This document shows, in pieces, positions 23,711 through 36,599 of a stretch of DNA of 64,000 nt. Within the stretch, counting starts at the first letter, position 1; each line of letters starts with the position of its first letter. The position numbers and the translations under genes were made by a program. The DNA comes from Phaeosaccion multiseriatum. Taxonomy: Eukaryota > Protista > Ochrophyta, other classes. The notes under the pieces were generated by a model that did not search any database, had not been told where the DNA came from, and saw only the letters and a list, made by a program, of their open reading frames with translations. The DNA lies in contig OZ218965.1 in NCBI GenBank assembly GCA_965112735.1, forward strand, positions 1 through 64,000. The letters are read 5' to 3'.

Positions 23711-23769
23711 AACTGGAGAGGAGACAGACAGGTTTGCTGAGACGCTGGCTCCGAAGATGGCGGGGGTAG
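21523..23769 (+). CDS. Leader-bearing STAND-like P-loop NTPase, copy 2
   Basis: Exons 21523-21661, 22191-22334, 22421-23769. Same motifs as copy 1; exon 2 differs by an in-frame 3-nt indel, which supports the splice model. Confidence 0.8.
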
Positions 23770-24718
23770 CAGGAGACGGGGGTGGAGGGCCCCTCCACTG
23801 CCATGAGAGGGCGGAACGTGCATGTATTGAAATGAGACCATGTAATTTTATGTAACAGTGTGGGTGGGTTCCTCCTCCCTCCTCGGCCCTGGACTGACCT
23901 GGTTATGGTATGCACCGACCATAATCAGTAAAAAAAAGAAAATCAAGTCCAGGGCCTCACGCCCTCATTGCCTCACTGCAGTGTTCTCACTTCCATTGCA
24001 GCTATTGGTGTGAGCCGGAGAGAGGGGACTGCAGCAGCGCTCTCTTCCCTGCGTGCGTGCGTGCGTCTGTCCCTCTCTCTGGGGCGGTACAGGACGGCGC
24101 AGGTCCGCTCTCACGCCTCGTCCTTCCCTCCGAGCCAGCCAGCTGCGGGTGGGCTGACTTCCTTCTCCTCGAGTCATTCAGCCAGGCCTTCAGCCAGGCC
24201 TTATCTGGCAACACTCCTTCTCCCTTCTCCTGCCCTTGCGAGGCAGCGCTCTCTCTATCTCTCTCTCTCTCTGCGGGTGTCTGTGGCGTCCTCCGTCCCG
24301 GTCGTAGCGATGATGTATTCGGGGGGAAGCCAGTCACCTTTCAAGGCCTCTGCCACCCCCCCCTCCTGCCCACCATCGCCCTTCCCTACCCCTCACTGCA
24401 CGTGAGAGACCTGCCTATACGCCTCACGTACCCCCCCCCCTCTCAACTCCACCCCTCCGCGGCCAATCGACCGGCCGAGCGCGCGCCACCATCCGCCGCC
24501 AAAGTCTACTCTACTCCGGCTTCTGTGGCCAAATTGCCACACAACGGTTCCTTCTCCACACACTTCACTTGCTTAGTAGCCTCCTGGGGGTCCGCCTTGG
24601 GGTCCTCCAAGCCCCTGCCACCTGTCCTAGCGATAATATAAGGAGTCCTAGCTCGTGATAAGGCATTGTGACGAGCCATGACACCTTGTATGTCGCTACA
24701 CACCCCACGCCCCCCTTC

Positions 24719-25029
24719 TCACCAGCCCTCAAAGTCGCCAGTGTCTGCAATGTACTCCCTGTCCGCCTTGGCCCGTGCCCCGTAGTCCTCCAGAGCAGCG
24801 ACCTTCTGCGCCTGCACCGGGGAGGAACGAGTCACCTCCTCCGTCGGGATGCGGTTGAAGTCCTGTGGCGAGGGGTGTCAGCCAGGACAGGGGGGTGAGG
24901 GGTAGTGTCAGGACTGGGGGAAGCCGTGCCGTGTGGTGTGGTTTGGTGTGGTGTAGGGTGTCTTGATGTGAAAAAAAAATCAGCAACCTGCGGATAGGCA
25001 GCGGCTGAGGACGGGAAGAAGAGAGAGTC

Positions 25030-25072
<43 letters not shown>

Positions 25073-27470
25073 GGAGGAGGAGGAGGAGGAGGAGGAGGTG
25101 GTGGCGGCGGCGCTCTTCTCTCTTCGCACGTCGTGGTGAGCCCTTGGGGCCAAGGTCGCTCTCTCCCTGACTCACCTCTACGTCTGTGGGCGGTGCCTCC
25201 AGCGCCATGTGCCCCCACTGCTGACGCCTAAAGTCCCCCAGCAGGCGGTCGGCAGCGTTGTTCATCTCGCCGTGGTAGAACTTCTGTGAGGGGCAGGCAG
25301 GGACAGGTGACCATTTGTTTGATTCGGTCAATGATTCGGTTGATTCCAAGTGGACGAAGCGATCCATCAGGGTCAAGTGAGAGGAGGAATACAGCGCAGC
25401 AGGGGGTAGAGGGAGGAAGGGGGTTATCTTGCCGCCGAGAGACGGCCCGCAGCCTCCAGCTCTAACTCAGACTCAGACTCAGAAAGGGGCGCGCCTGCCG
25501 GGCCCGTGGGTTCGCACCCACCCATCCACCCACCCACCCTGTGGTGCCACATACGTAACTAACACAACACATAACAAAATACTCAATAGTAACCCACCTT
25601 GGCCACGAGGTACACAAACTCCTGCCCCGAGTGCCTGCGCGGGTCAATCTTGAGTCTCTTGATGAGGGCGGGCATGTCCACGTACCCGGGGAACTGAATG
25701 GCGCACTCTACCACCCGGTCCATCATGGCCGCCGCCACCACCTGAGTCAGATGGCAGCAGACAGGGGCAGGGAGAAAGCAGACGGATGGCACCAGAGAGC
25801 AGAAGGGGGCCAGAGAGGGCGCAAGGGATGGATGGCAGTAGACACCATAAGTGGGGCATAGAGAGAGAGAGAGAGAGCAGAGACAAGACTCAGTCGCTCC
25901 GAGCAGAGAGCAGATGGATGGCAGCATACACAAGACCCACTCGCTCACCTGCGAGTCGTACGAGGCCTGCCCGATGTCGTTGCAGATGGCGAGCTTGAGG
26001 GCCTGCTCCTGATCGTCCTGCCTGGCGGGGATGATGCCCGGAGTGTCCAGCAGCTCCAGAGAGTCCTCGGGGTTGTTGCCCTGCGGCAGGCCAGGGGGGA
26101 TGGCAGTGGACGGGGGGGGGGGGGTGGTTAGACAGACAGGTGTCAGGACGCGAGGGTGCGACGGAGTGTATGAATGCTTGTTCGGCGAGGGTAGCGGGGG
26201 GGTTTAAGCAGGGGAGGGGGAGGGAAGCAGACACACACACACACACACACACACGTTCCTGTGGGGCTGCGGAAGAGGGCGGAAGATCTTAGGAGAGCAA
26301 AGACAGGCATATGGGCAAGAAGTCGACCCCCTCCCACCAGTCCTTCACTCACCACTCCTCCCACTCGGATCCAGCTGATGGAGCGAGTCACGCCCGGAGT
26401 GTTGCGCGTGGCGCAGATCTGAGGACAGAGGTGGAGACAGTGTGGAAAGGATGTTTCAATACCGTGGTCACTCACTCCTATAACATGCCGGCAGGCAGGC
26501 AACCAACGCCCAGAGAAGCTGTACACAAACACACAAAGGGCATGCAAACCCCGGAAAGAGGGCCAACGAGCCAGAGACACGATTCAACACCCCATGGATG
26601 CAACGGACACAACGGACACCACGGACCGACCTTCTTGCCGATGAGGTGATTGATGAGGGCGGACTTGCCGACGTTGGGGAAGCCGATGACGAGCACGCGC
26701 ACAGACCGCGGATTCAGGCCCTGTCGCAGGCGGCGGTCGTTCACGCGCTGCCCTGCCCTCATCGCCGCCTTCTTGATCTGTGCACGTTGAAAGAGGCCGG
26801 TAAAGGGGGCGCGAAATAGGAAGCCAGAGTCAGAGGGGGGCGAGGGAGGGAGAGGAAGAGGACGGAATCAACCCACCCCCAAAAAATCATCGGAAGCAGC
26901 CACTGCACGCACCAGATGGACCCCCCTGCCGCGCTTGGAGTCCACGAAGAAGACCGGCACGTTGCCCGATCTACCAGAGCGCTTGAGGCCCCCCTCCTGC
27001 GTAAAGTACTGGTGCCACTCCTTCACCACGCGGGGAGGCACAATGTCCTTGCGGTTCAGCACCACCAACAAGGGGCGATTACCCACCCATTCGGGCACCT
27101 TCTGGTGCGTGGTCGAGAGAGGGATTCTTGCGTCCCTGACTTCGATAACCACATCCACAAGCTTGACATAATCCTTCAGCTGGCGCTCTGCCTTGGCGAT
27201 GTGTCCCGGGTACCAGTTGATCATGTGGCCTCCTTGGATGCCTTCGTTCTCGTAGTCCTCATTGCCGAACTCCGCCTCTCCCTTCACACGCTTGTTGAAC
27301 TTCGCCCTCAGCCTGTGGCTCATCCCCCGTGAGGGCTGCTGCTGCTGCTGCTGCTGCTGCAGGCTCCACCCCCTCGCCCCCACGCGACACCCAGCAGGCG
27401 CGACGAAAGCATCAGCGCCCAGCGAGTCCAGGTAGAGAAGCCCGAGTATCCCAGCCGTCGTTGTCTTCAT
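24719..27470 (-). CDS. rbgA: Plastid-targeted ribosome biogenesis GTPase RbgA/YlqF family
   Basis: Seven exons. [64 protein letters not shown], ends GDFEGW*. Leader [25 protein letters not shown] is a signal peptide + Phe motif. Confidence 0.93.
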
Positions 27471-27594
27471 CTTACAATCACAACAATGAAATGAGAGGCG
27501 AGGGCTAAGCAATTTACATAGAAATTCGCCATTTTCCCGCGGGCGGGCGATCCGACCAACGCAGTGTGTCAGATTTTGTCGAAGAAGATTTGCG
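27471..27594. promoter_or_regulatory. Putative bidirectional promoter (RbgA / Fpg)
   Basis: Only 124 bp, relatively AT-rich, between two divergent start codons. Confidence 0.6.
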
Positions 27595-29942
27595 ATGCCC
27601 GAGCTTCCTGAGGCGGAGTGCGCTCGGCGGCTGCTGGAGACTGAGCTATGTGGCCGAATTATAGAGGAGGTATTTACGAATGAGTCAGGCGGCGGCCCTA
27701 GGGATGGATTGGAGGACGACTTGGTCCTCGCGGACGGCTTGTCGGGGGAGGCAGTCGTCAAGGCGCTCAAGGGGCGGCGAGTCAGCGCCGCCATGCGGAA
27801 AGGGAAGCAGTTGTGGTGCTTGCTGGACGGGGAGGGGCCGCATCCGCTCTTCCACTTCGGTACGAATCCGTTCGATCAGTCATGCTTTTGCGAAAGATTC
27901 TCTCCCCTTCCTCTTCTTGCCATCAACACACCTCTCTTCTTGGCTCTGTGTGTGTGAAGGTATGACAGGGGCATTCACCGTGATGGGCGTCGAGGGTATG
28001 ACATACAGGAGTACGAAGATTGTGTCTCAGGGTAAGTTAGAGTGCAAACTCCTGTGCCTCATCTTTACTGTACTCTACTCTACTCGTCGTGCGCTGCTCC
28101 GTCCTGCGGCTAACCACCCCTCACCTCTGCCTCTCTCCCCCCTTTTCCAGAGTCGTGGCCCCCTCGCTACACCAAGTTCGAGCTTCTCCTAAGCGGGGGG
28201 GTGAAGGTTGCCTTCACAGACCCTAGGCGATTGGCGCGCATCCGCCTCCGCGTGGACCCGCCCTCTGAGGAACCCATCAGCGCCCTCGGCAGGGTACGAT
28301 ACAGTGTTAATCTTTCTGCGAGCAAGGGCAGGGGAAAGCGGCCCTCTCATCTTTGCCTTCTCTCTCTCCACACACGCCTGCCTTGCTCGCTCGCTCACCC
28401 ACACGAAACTGACTCACTGAACAAGTATACATCACACCCAACCCCCTTACCCCTGTCCCTCCATCCCCAGGACCCGTACCTCGACCCCCCCTCCTTGCCG
28501 GAGCTGATCTTGGCTCTGGCAGGTATCAACGCCCCCATCAAGGCCGTGCTGCTGGACCAGAACAGAGTGGTGAGCGGGGTGGGCAACTACCTCGCAGACG
28601 AAGTGTGCTACCAGGCCAAGTGAGTACGTTGTGAGTTGCAGTTGTAGTTGCAGATGCAGCTTAACGGATGGATGGATCAAACGATCTCTTGATCAGTCAA
28701 TGAAGAGATCAACGTCGAATGCTTCTGTGAGGCAGTGTGGGGGTATTGGTTGGGTGGGGCCCTGTGTCGACCATTTCTCGCCGCTCCGACACCCCTCCCT
28801 CCCTCCCTCCTCCCTCCCTGCGCAGGATCCACCCCGCCAGCCCCTGCAGCAGCCTGGACGAGGCGCAGATGTCCGCCCTGCACACTTCCCTCGTGGGGGT
28901 CGTCGCCTTCGCCTGCAGTGTCAACGCCAGTTACAAGAAGTTCCCCCAAGGTCAGTGCTTGGTTTCAGTCAGTGAGTCACTCAGTCTCGAGTCAGTCAGT
29001 CAGGCACTCAGACAGGCATTTAGTACTTGGTGTCCGTCACTCACTCACTCACTCACTCACTCACTCAAGTCTCGAGTCAGTCACGTGACCGGGCAAGGTG
29101 GAGATTATGGACGCACCTCCCCTTCCTTCCTTCCTTCCTTCCTTCCTTCCTTCCTTCCTTCCTGCCTTCGGTCATCTCGCCGGTCCTCCTCCTTGTCCGG
29201 CTGTTCCTTGACACCTTGTACCCCGCCCTGCCTGGCCGCCCTGCTCTTTCATCAACATGGTCTCGTCTCGGTCTTGCCTGCTCACCGAACAGAGTGGCTG
29301 TTCCACTACCGCTGGGGCAAGGGCAAAGGAGGAAGCCAAGACTTCTACAAGAACTCCATCGCCTTCGAGACGGTGGGAGGAAGAACAACGGCCATCGTGG
29401 CGAAGGTGCAGAAAAAGGGCAGGCTCAGCGCCCGAGCGAGCACTAGCAGTAAGCCTGCCGCCAAGGCCAACGCCAAGGCCAAGACCAAGGCCAAGGCCGA
29501 GGCCAAGGGCGAGACCAAGGGCAAGGCGGTGAAGGAGGAAGACCTTAAGCAGGACGTCAAAACGGAGCCCGTAGCAGATGCAGGGGTTGGTGATATAGCA
29601 TCAGCACTAGCTGCAGTAAGCGTGCGGACGAGGAGGAGAAGCGAGACGTCGATGTCAGCAGACGGGGTGGAGGAAGACGCACAGCCCACCGGGAAGAGGA
29701 GGCGGCGAAGTGTCGCTGTGAAGGAGGAGAGAGGGGGGGCAGATTCGAGCGCTGCCGCCATGGTGGTCACCAAGTCAAAGGCGAGGGCCACATCAAAATC
29801 CAAATCCTCGTCAGCAGCCGCAGAGGAGAAGAAGACAAGCGCGCCAAAGACAGCCAAGAAGAAGGCATCGGGAGCCGAGAGCAAGGCGAGGAAGAGGAAG
29901 GGTCCGGCGGCGGCAGCACGGCCAAAACGTAAGCGAGCGTGA
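27595..29942 (+). CDS. FPG: Formamidopyrimidine-DNA glycosylase (Fpg/MutM, zincless plant/fungal type)
   Basis: Six exons. N-terminal MPELPE, RKGKQLW, FHFGMTG, WPPRYTKF, FTDPRRLARI, H2TH IKAVLLDQ..SGVGNYLADEVCYQAKIHP, WLFHYRW, VGGRTTA; Lys-rich tail. Confidence 0.95.
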
Positions 29943-31705
29943 CAGAGCCGAGAGAGGTGAGGGAGGGGGAGAGGGTGAGGAGAGTGGGAGGGAGAGAGAG
30001 AGGGGGGGGGGGGGCAAGGGAGGTGCGAATGACGAGCTGACTAGGGCAAGACAGGACAGACGAGGCGGCGGCTGGGGAGGTGCTAGTCTCAAGGCCTAGT
30101 GCACGGCTTGGGAGCGTTTGGCTTTGATCTAATCACGAGATGGTGCCAGCGGGCAGGCCTTTCTCGGCGAGGAGGAAGGGAGGGCCGAGCGCTTCAGAGC
30201 CCTGTGATTGACGCCCTCACTTCCCGCCCTGCTCCGCTGCACCCGTTCACGGCCATCCGTCGGCGTCATGTTTGTGTGCGTGTGTGTGTGTGTGTGCGTG
30301 CGTCTCTTGTAGACTCAGAGGCGGCAGAAGCGGGGGGCAATGGATGCAGCGGAGGCAGCGAGGCCCCCGGGGGGCGGGCACCGAAGCTGGGCCTGTCGGC
30401 GGCGGCGTCAATCTCTCTTGGCTCGCGTAGGTTCTCTCTTGACGCGTCGCCCGCCCCCGTGTCACCCTCCTGGGCCTTCTGCTCCCCGGGGCGGCGCGGA
30501 AGGAGTATGAGCAGGAGCATGAGCACGAGCACGCTGTGGATGGCAGCGGACGGCATCTCTGTCCTGACACCGGCACCGGATGGGCTCTCTGTCCTGACAC
30601 CCTCACCGTCGCTGTCGTGGCCGCGGAGGGCGCTGTGGTCTATGGCCTCCTCTGGGCCCTCTTTGGCCTCTCCGGGGCCGGCGTGGGACTCCGCTCCGTC
30701 GTGTTGTGATCTCGCAGCCCACCCCCCAGGGCTCCCCTCTTGGGGCGGCGGAGGTGTTGGTGGTGGTGGTGGAGGGGGGGGGGGCGGTATGATGCTGAGC
30801 AGAGGTGCTGTGACCATGCGTGCGTCTGGCCCGTGCGGCTCGGCTGTGACGGGGGGATGGCAGTGGATGGGAGGGCGCTCATCTTTGGCGGGGGCGTTGG
30901 GTCTCTTCTTGGCGACGACCCTAAGCAGCGCCCGTCGCCTTCGGAGCACTCACCCGGGGGGACGGGGGGGGGGCAGGAGGAGAATGCCAGGAGGAGGGGC
31001 TTCGGTTGGGCACAGCCTTGGGCATGGCATCAGGCAAGGGGGGGGGGTGGCAGCTCGCTTCCGACCACTTCACGCCACCAAAATCTTGAGATTGGGGTAG
31101 TGATTGTGGAACCAACAGAGGCGATACAGTGTAGAGCAGTGTGTAAACATAAAAGCAAGCACTGCGTTGTGCCGGTTTGCTAGTCGCGTCTATAACAACG
31201 AATGACCGCCTATAATCATGTATGTACACAAAACAAAACAAAACAACAACAGCCGCAGCTGTTGGTGATACAGCAGCAGCAGCAGCAGCAGCAACAACAA
31301 CAAGCCTCCAAGAGACTCGTGATTGGCGCAAAGCAAGTCAAGGCAAGGTAGAGGCAGGGCAAGAGACACCCTCCTCTTCGCTTCGCTCCACCCCAAGGGA
31401 CAGCCCCCCCTCTCCAATCTCCCCAACACACAGCGCCCTCCCCTGGAGTAAGTCAGTGAGTGGCTTCATCCCTCTTCATGGAGTAAGTCAGTGAGTGAGT
31501 GAGTGAGTGAGTGAGTGGCTTCACCCCTCTTCCTCTTCTTCGAGTCGCTGCGCTTCATCCCTCTTCATGGAGTAAGTCAGTGAGTCACCTCTCCTGTCAG
31601 TAAAGTATATACAGCCGCTTCACTCCTCTTACGCTTCATGCAGTCAACTTCCTCCATCCAGTCAGTCTTTTGGGGTGGAGTCGAGTCGCTTGCTTCACTT
31701 TGAAC

Positions 31706-33625
31706 TCAGCCCAAGCGTAGGCCCAGCACCACCCCAGCCCCGAAGCCCGTCCCTGCTGGCACCTTGTGATTAAGCACCTCCAGGACGCGCTCGTACATGA
31801 GGCGGAGGTCATTCCCGTCAACCTTGCCGTCCTTGTCGAGGTCAAGCAGCTCAGTGGCCATGTCTTGCACCTTCTCGTACTTTACGTCAACGTACCTGGG
31901 ATGGCAGTGGAGGGGCGAGGATGGCAGCGGAGGGGACGTCAGTCACACTAAAGACGCGCACGCACCCACACACACACAGAGGTACACTTCTAAAGAGACA
32001 AATCAGTCGCGCACACACACAACCAACTCGCAAACACTAAGCTAAGCCCCCTCGGCGAGCGGGCTCGAAACCCAGCCGAGCTCCGCCGTTGCCCGACGCC
32101 TGCGCCCTCCGCCCTCCACTGCCGTCCACTGCCATCCCCGCTCACCCAAAGTACGAAGCGGCCTGTGCCCCGCAGATAACGAGGCCCACGGCCAAAGCGG
32201 CCGCTCGAGTCACCTTCTTCACCGCGTAGCCTGCAGAGGGAGGGAGGGAGGGAGGAGGAGGAGAGGGGAGGGGGTGAGTAGGGGTGGAGTGGGACGGGAG
32301 CAGAATCGGAGAGGCGTGAGAACAGAAGGAGCAGCTCCAGCACAAGGGACCACAAACAACCCTTCCTTTCCAACTTCACGCAGCCCCTTCCACAAGGAGG
32401 GCGTCGCATACACGTAAGAGCTTCAGCAACCCTTCAGCGACCCACCTGCGCACACGCCTGCGACCATCCCCCCTGAGAAGGCAGGCACGACATCTTGTAG
32501 CATTGCACCATACTCGCCCACACTCGCCTTGCTGTCCTTCGAGATTGCTCCGCTACGGGGAGGGGGGGGGGGAGGGTGCGGGAGGGGTGCGGGGAAACTT
32601 AGCTGTCTGCCCCACTCTTGTTACTGTCGCTCTTTTGGAACGCATCTTGCCTTACTCTCGTCTCTTTTTCTTCTCCCTCTCCCCCACTCCCTTCCTCTCT
32701 CTGTTTGTCTGCTACTTTGTCTCTATCCCCTCCCTCTTTGCTCATTTCTTTCTTTCTCGTTCTCCCTCCATCTTTGCCTGCTCTCGACCCTCTTTTGTCT
32801 CTCTCTACCCCCCTCCCGTATCCCTCTTCCCCCTCTTTCTCTCAGTCTCTGTCTCCCCATGCCACGTACCGATCGACGGCCTGCTGCAGAAAGTCATCGA
32901 TCGCAGTGCCAATCTTATCCACCACAACAGCGGCGTCCTCCTTTTCCCCCTCCCTCTTGGCCTTTCTCCTCTCTACACTGCCCCACGTGGGAGAGGCAGA
33001 CGTCGAGGGGAGGGGGGGTGGCTTGCCGCCATCCCCCCCTGCTGCAGGCTTGCCCCCTCCCCATCCGAGCCATCCTGCGGACTGGGACTGTTTGCTGCTT
33101 GTATCTGCATCGTCCTTCTTCTTCCCCCCACCCCACCCCAACCGCCACCATCCTTTCCCTGAGCCCTCCCTCTCGTCGCCAGCAGAGGCGTGCACGTCGC
33201 TCTCCACGCCTGAGGCTGGTGCAGGCAGAAGGGGGAGAGCAGCCGGGAGGGAGGACATTCGGGTCAAAGCACGCAGGACGAGCGGGAGAGAAGGGAGGGG
33301 AGGGAGGGGAGGAAGTACTTTAGATTGGGGCTGGAGGAGTCCAGAGAAGCCGCTTTCATTGAAGCACCCCACCTGCTGCTACTGCCGCTGCTGCTGCGAC
33401 CGCCAATATCGGGGCAAACGATGAACTTGCGCCAGCTGTGGCCCGGCAGCACGCCGTGTGAGCGTGCCGCGTGGGATGGGTGCTTGGTCTAGGCGTCGCC
33501 GTGTAAGACGCTGGTTTTACTGCTGCTGCTGCCGCTGCTGCTCTTGTGTAGTGGCTCCTTCTGATCCCCGCCTGGAGGACAACGAGCCCCTTCCTAGACA
33601 GAGCTCTTGTCGCGGCGAGAGACAT
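31706..33625 (-). CDS. FUN14-family mitochondrial membrane protein with EF-hand-like insert
   Basis: Spliced FSGGMVAGVCAG|YAVKKVTRAAALAVGLVICGAQAASYFG|YVDVKYEKV..LDLDKDGKVDGNDL..GTGFGAGVVLGLRLG*. Presequence-like N-terminus; 5' exon limits uncertain. Confidence 0.85.
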
Positions 33626-33970
33626 TTGCGCTCGTGGGGGAAAACAAGATCACCCCTTCTTACCCGAAGGGACCACGGCCTCAAGCTCCTACTTCTTAAA
33701 CGCACCACCTAACAGAGCAATGAGGAGAAAGAGAAGAGGGAAGAAGGAACGACGAATGGAGAAAGAGGTGAAATTCAAATTGTTGAGATGCGCCATCTGT
33801 GAGCCAATAACTGTAACTTGTCAGCGAGCGCCGACGACGCGACTTAAAACATAAACCCCCCTTCTTCTCAAGGCCGCTGCACACACAGGGGCGCCTTTTG
33901 AGTCTGTCCTTAGCTTCCCTGAGACCAGAGTGGAACCGCGCTTGCAGGCTCCCTTGCCGTTGCAGGGCCA

Positions 33971-35425
33971 ATGCTCAGGGCCCTCTTCAAAGATGAAGAT
34001 GACAGGTCCAGTGATTCGTCGTCCAGCGACGAGGGAGAGAACGGCCAAGAGGAGGATCAGCACCTCCACCCGAGTGGCGGTGGTGAGGAGCAAGGGAAAG
34101 AAGGAAGGGACCTCTCCTTTTCTTCCCCTTCCCTGTCTACCCCCCTCGTAATTCGTCAGGAGAGAGGGAAGGGAATCGGCTTTCAGCTCTGGCCTGCGGC
34201 CACCGCCCTGTGCCGCTTACTCGAGAGTAGACCACAGCTTCTCTCAGAGCTGTCCCCAGGAGGGCGAAAGCCGCTCCGGGAGCTGAGTGTGCTCGAGCTT
34301 GGCGCGGGGGTTGGCATGGTAGGGCTCTTCGCAAGCGGCCTTGGTGTGCGGCGCTCAGTCCTCACAGACCTGCCGCAAGTGCTGGACTGTCTAAGGGACA
34401 ACGTCAGCGCCAACCAGGGGCTGCTGGCAGGGAGAGAGGTGGGGGTGCAGGCGTGTGCGTGGGGCTCGGACGACTGGAGGGTAAGTGTGCGTGTTGTAGG
34501 GGGGAGCGAAGGCGGGGTATTTTGGAGCGTGCGCCGCGCGTAGCTACGGGTACGCTGGCGACGATCATGACAAAGAGAATCGAAGGGAAGTAGTAGGAAC
34601 AACTGAATCAGATAATCAGACAAGACAGAAACAAAGCTCCTCGACATGCTGTGCCTTGACCCATCTTCTCCGTTGCCCCTGCTCTCTGCCGTCCCCACCT
34701 ACCCACCCATCTAGACGCTTCCCCCCTTCGACGTGGTGCTGGCAGCCGACGTGGTGTACTGGGAGGAGCTCTTTTTGCCACTGCTGGACACACTCACAAG
34801 CCTCGTCAGCCGCCCGCAGGAGTCGTTGGGGTCAGGAGAAGGGGGTGAGACTGACGGCAGGGCGGGCGGCGGAGCCAAGGTGCTGATGGCGCACAGCCGG
34901 AGATGGAAGAAGGACGGAAAGTTCTTCAAGATGGCTGCCAAGCGCATGCACGTGGAGATGATACACGAGATCGTCACGCGGGATGGTGTCCCTGTCCCGA
35001 AGAGAAGGGGTGTGATTCATCATCACACCGCTCCCAACGCTGGCGGTGCAGTACGCGAGGAGCCGCAGGAGGGAAACGAGCGAGGCCCAGGCCCAGGCTT
35101 AGGCGGAGGTAACACCAGTGGTGAGGGGGGGCAGCGCAGCGTGATGAGGTTCTATGTCTTCTCCGCCAAACGTGACCATATGACCCAACCGTCCTCGGTG
35201 TCGTCGACGGTGTCGGAGCTCTCGGAGCGGAAAGTTGAGCAGGAGGCAGAAGAGCAGCAAGCTCAACCGAACCCGCGTGTCAACAAGATGGGGGAGGGCG
35301 GAGAAGCAGCAGTCGCAGCAGCAGTAGCACCAGCACCAGCACCAGCACCAGCACCAGCACCAGCACCAGCAGTAGTAGCGGAAGCAGCACCAGTTGCACC
35401 GGTAGTAGTCGTAGCAGCAGTCTAG
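33971..35425 (+). CDS. METTL21-like protein-lysine methyltransferase (Methyltransf_16)
   Basis: Exons 33971-34480 and 34715-35425. GFQLWPAATAL, VLELGAGVGMVGL, VLTDL, CAWG, FDVVLAADVVY; low-complexity tail followed by a (GCA/GTA)n microsatellite. Confidence 0.9.
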
Positions 35426-35663
35426 CAGCGGTAGCAGCAGCAGCAGAAGCAGTAGCAGCAGCAGCGGTAGCAGCAGCAGCAGCAGCTGTAGCAGCAGCAG
35501 CAGAAGCAGTAGCAGCAGCAGCGGTAGCAGCAGCAGCAGCAGCTGTAGCAGCAGCAGTTGGTGATACAACAGTGGGGTGTCTATGCCATCCCCGCACGCC
35601 CCGCTCGCTCCGGTCAAGCCTCCTCCAAGATTCGCTTACCTCCCACCCTCTTCACCCGGCTGG

Positions 35664-36505
35664 TGCAGCGGTGCGGCAGGGGCGAAAGGGAGAACGGCGA
35701 CACCAGAGGCAGCAGCCGATGGGGCAATTGGTGGTACAGCAGCAGTGCCTCCCCCAGTACTTGCACCACCGCCGGCACGAACAGCAGCAGCAGCAGCCAG
35801 AGGGGGAGGAGGAGGAGGAGGAGGAGGAGGAGGAGGAGGAGGAGGAGGAGGAGGAGGAGGAGATCGCTCCTATCACCATCAGCAACCCCTGCCGCATCAG
35901 CAGTTCCTGCCCACAATCGGCCATGTCGCCGTGGAGGGCAAGACCAGTGGTCGCCTCGTTCGGAGCGAGAGTAGCCGCAGCAGTAGCAACACCAGGAGCG
36001 TGACATTCGTCCCTTGCGGAAGCCCTTTCCCAAGCAGCATCAGCAGCGGCAATCAGCAGCGGCAATGCCACACCCAGTCACGCTGGATCCAGGAGGGACG
36101 CCGTCTCTGCTGGATCCAGCGTGACTGGGTGTGGCATTGCCGCTGCTGATTGCCGCTGCTGATGCTGCTTGGGAAAGCGCTTCCGCAAGGGACGAATGTC
36201 ACGCTCCTGGTGTTGCTGCTGCTGCGGCTACTCTCGCTCCGAACGAGGCGACCACTGGTCTTGCCCTCCACGGCGACATGGCCGATTGTGGGCAGGAACT
36301 GCTGATGCGGCAGGGGTTGCTGATGGTGATAGGAGCGATCTCCTCCTCCTCCTCCTCCTCCTCCCCCTCTGGCTGCTGCTGCTGCTGTTCGTGCCGGCGG
36401 TGGTGCAAGTACTGGGGGAGGCACTGCGGCTGTACCACCAATTGCCCCATCGGCTGCTGCCTCTGGTGTCGCCGTTCTCCCTTTCGCCCCTGCCGCACCG
36501 CTGCA
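35664..36505. repeat. ~840-bp inverted repeat / near-perfect palindrome
   Basis: Arms ~35664-36100 and ~36102-36505 are reverse complements with essentially no spacer. They differ by a few SNPs and by (GAG)n length. Confidence 0.95.
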
Positions 36506-36599
36506 TGGCTGACGGGCTGACGGGCTGACGGGCTGATGGGCTCCTCGGTGGACTGTCAGACGCACAGCGGCACAAGGCAAAGGGCGGCCCGGGGCGGAG

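Noticed and set aside
30099-31100. Overlapping 227-333-aa ORFs between Fpg and FUN14
   Set aside because: Low-complexity, GC-rich, no domain and no consistent splice model; a real gene cannot be excluded.
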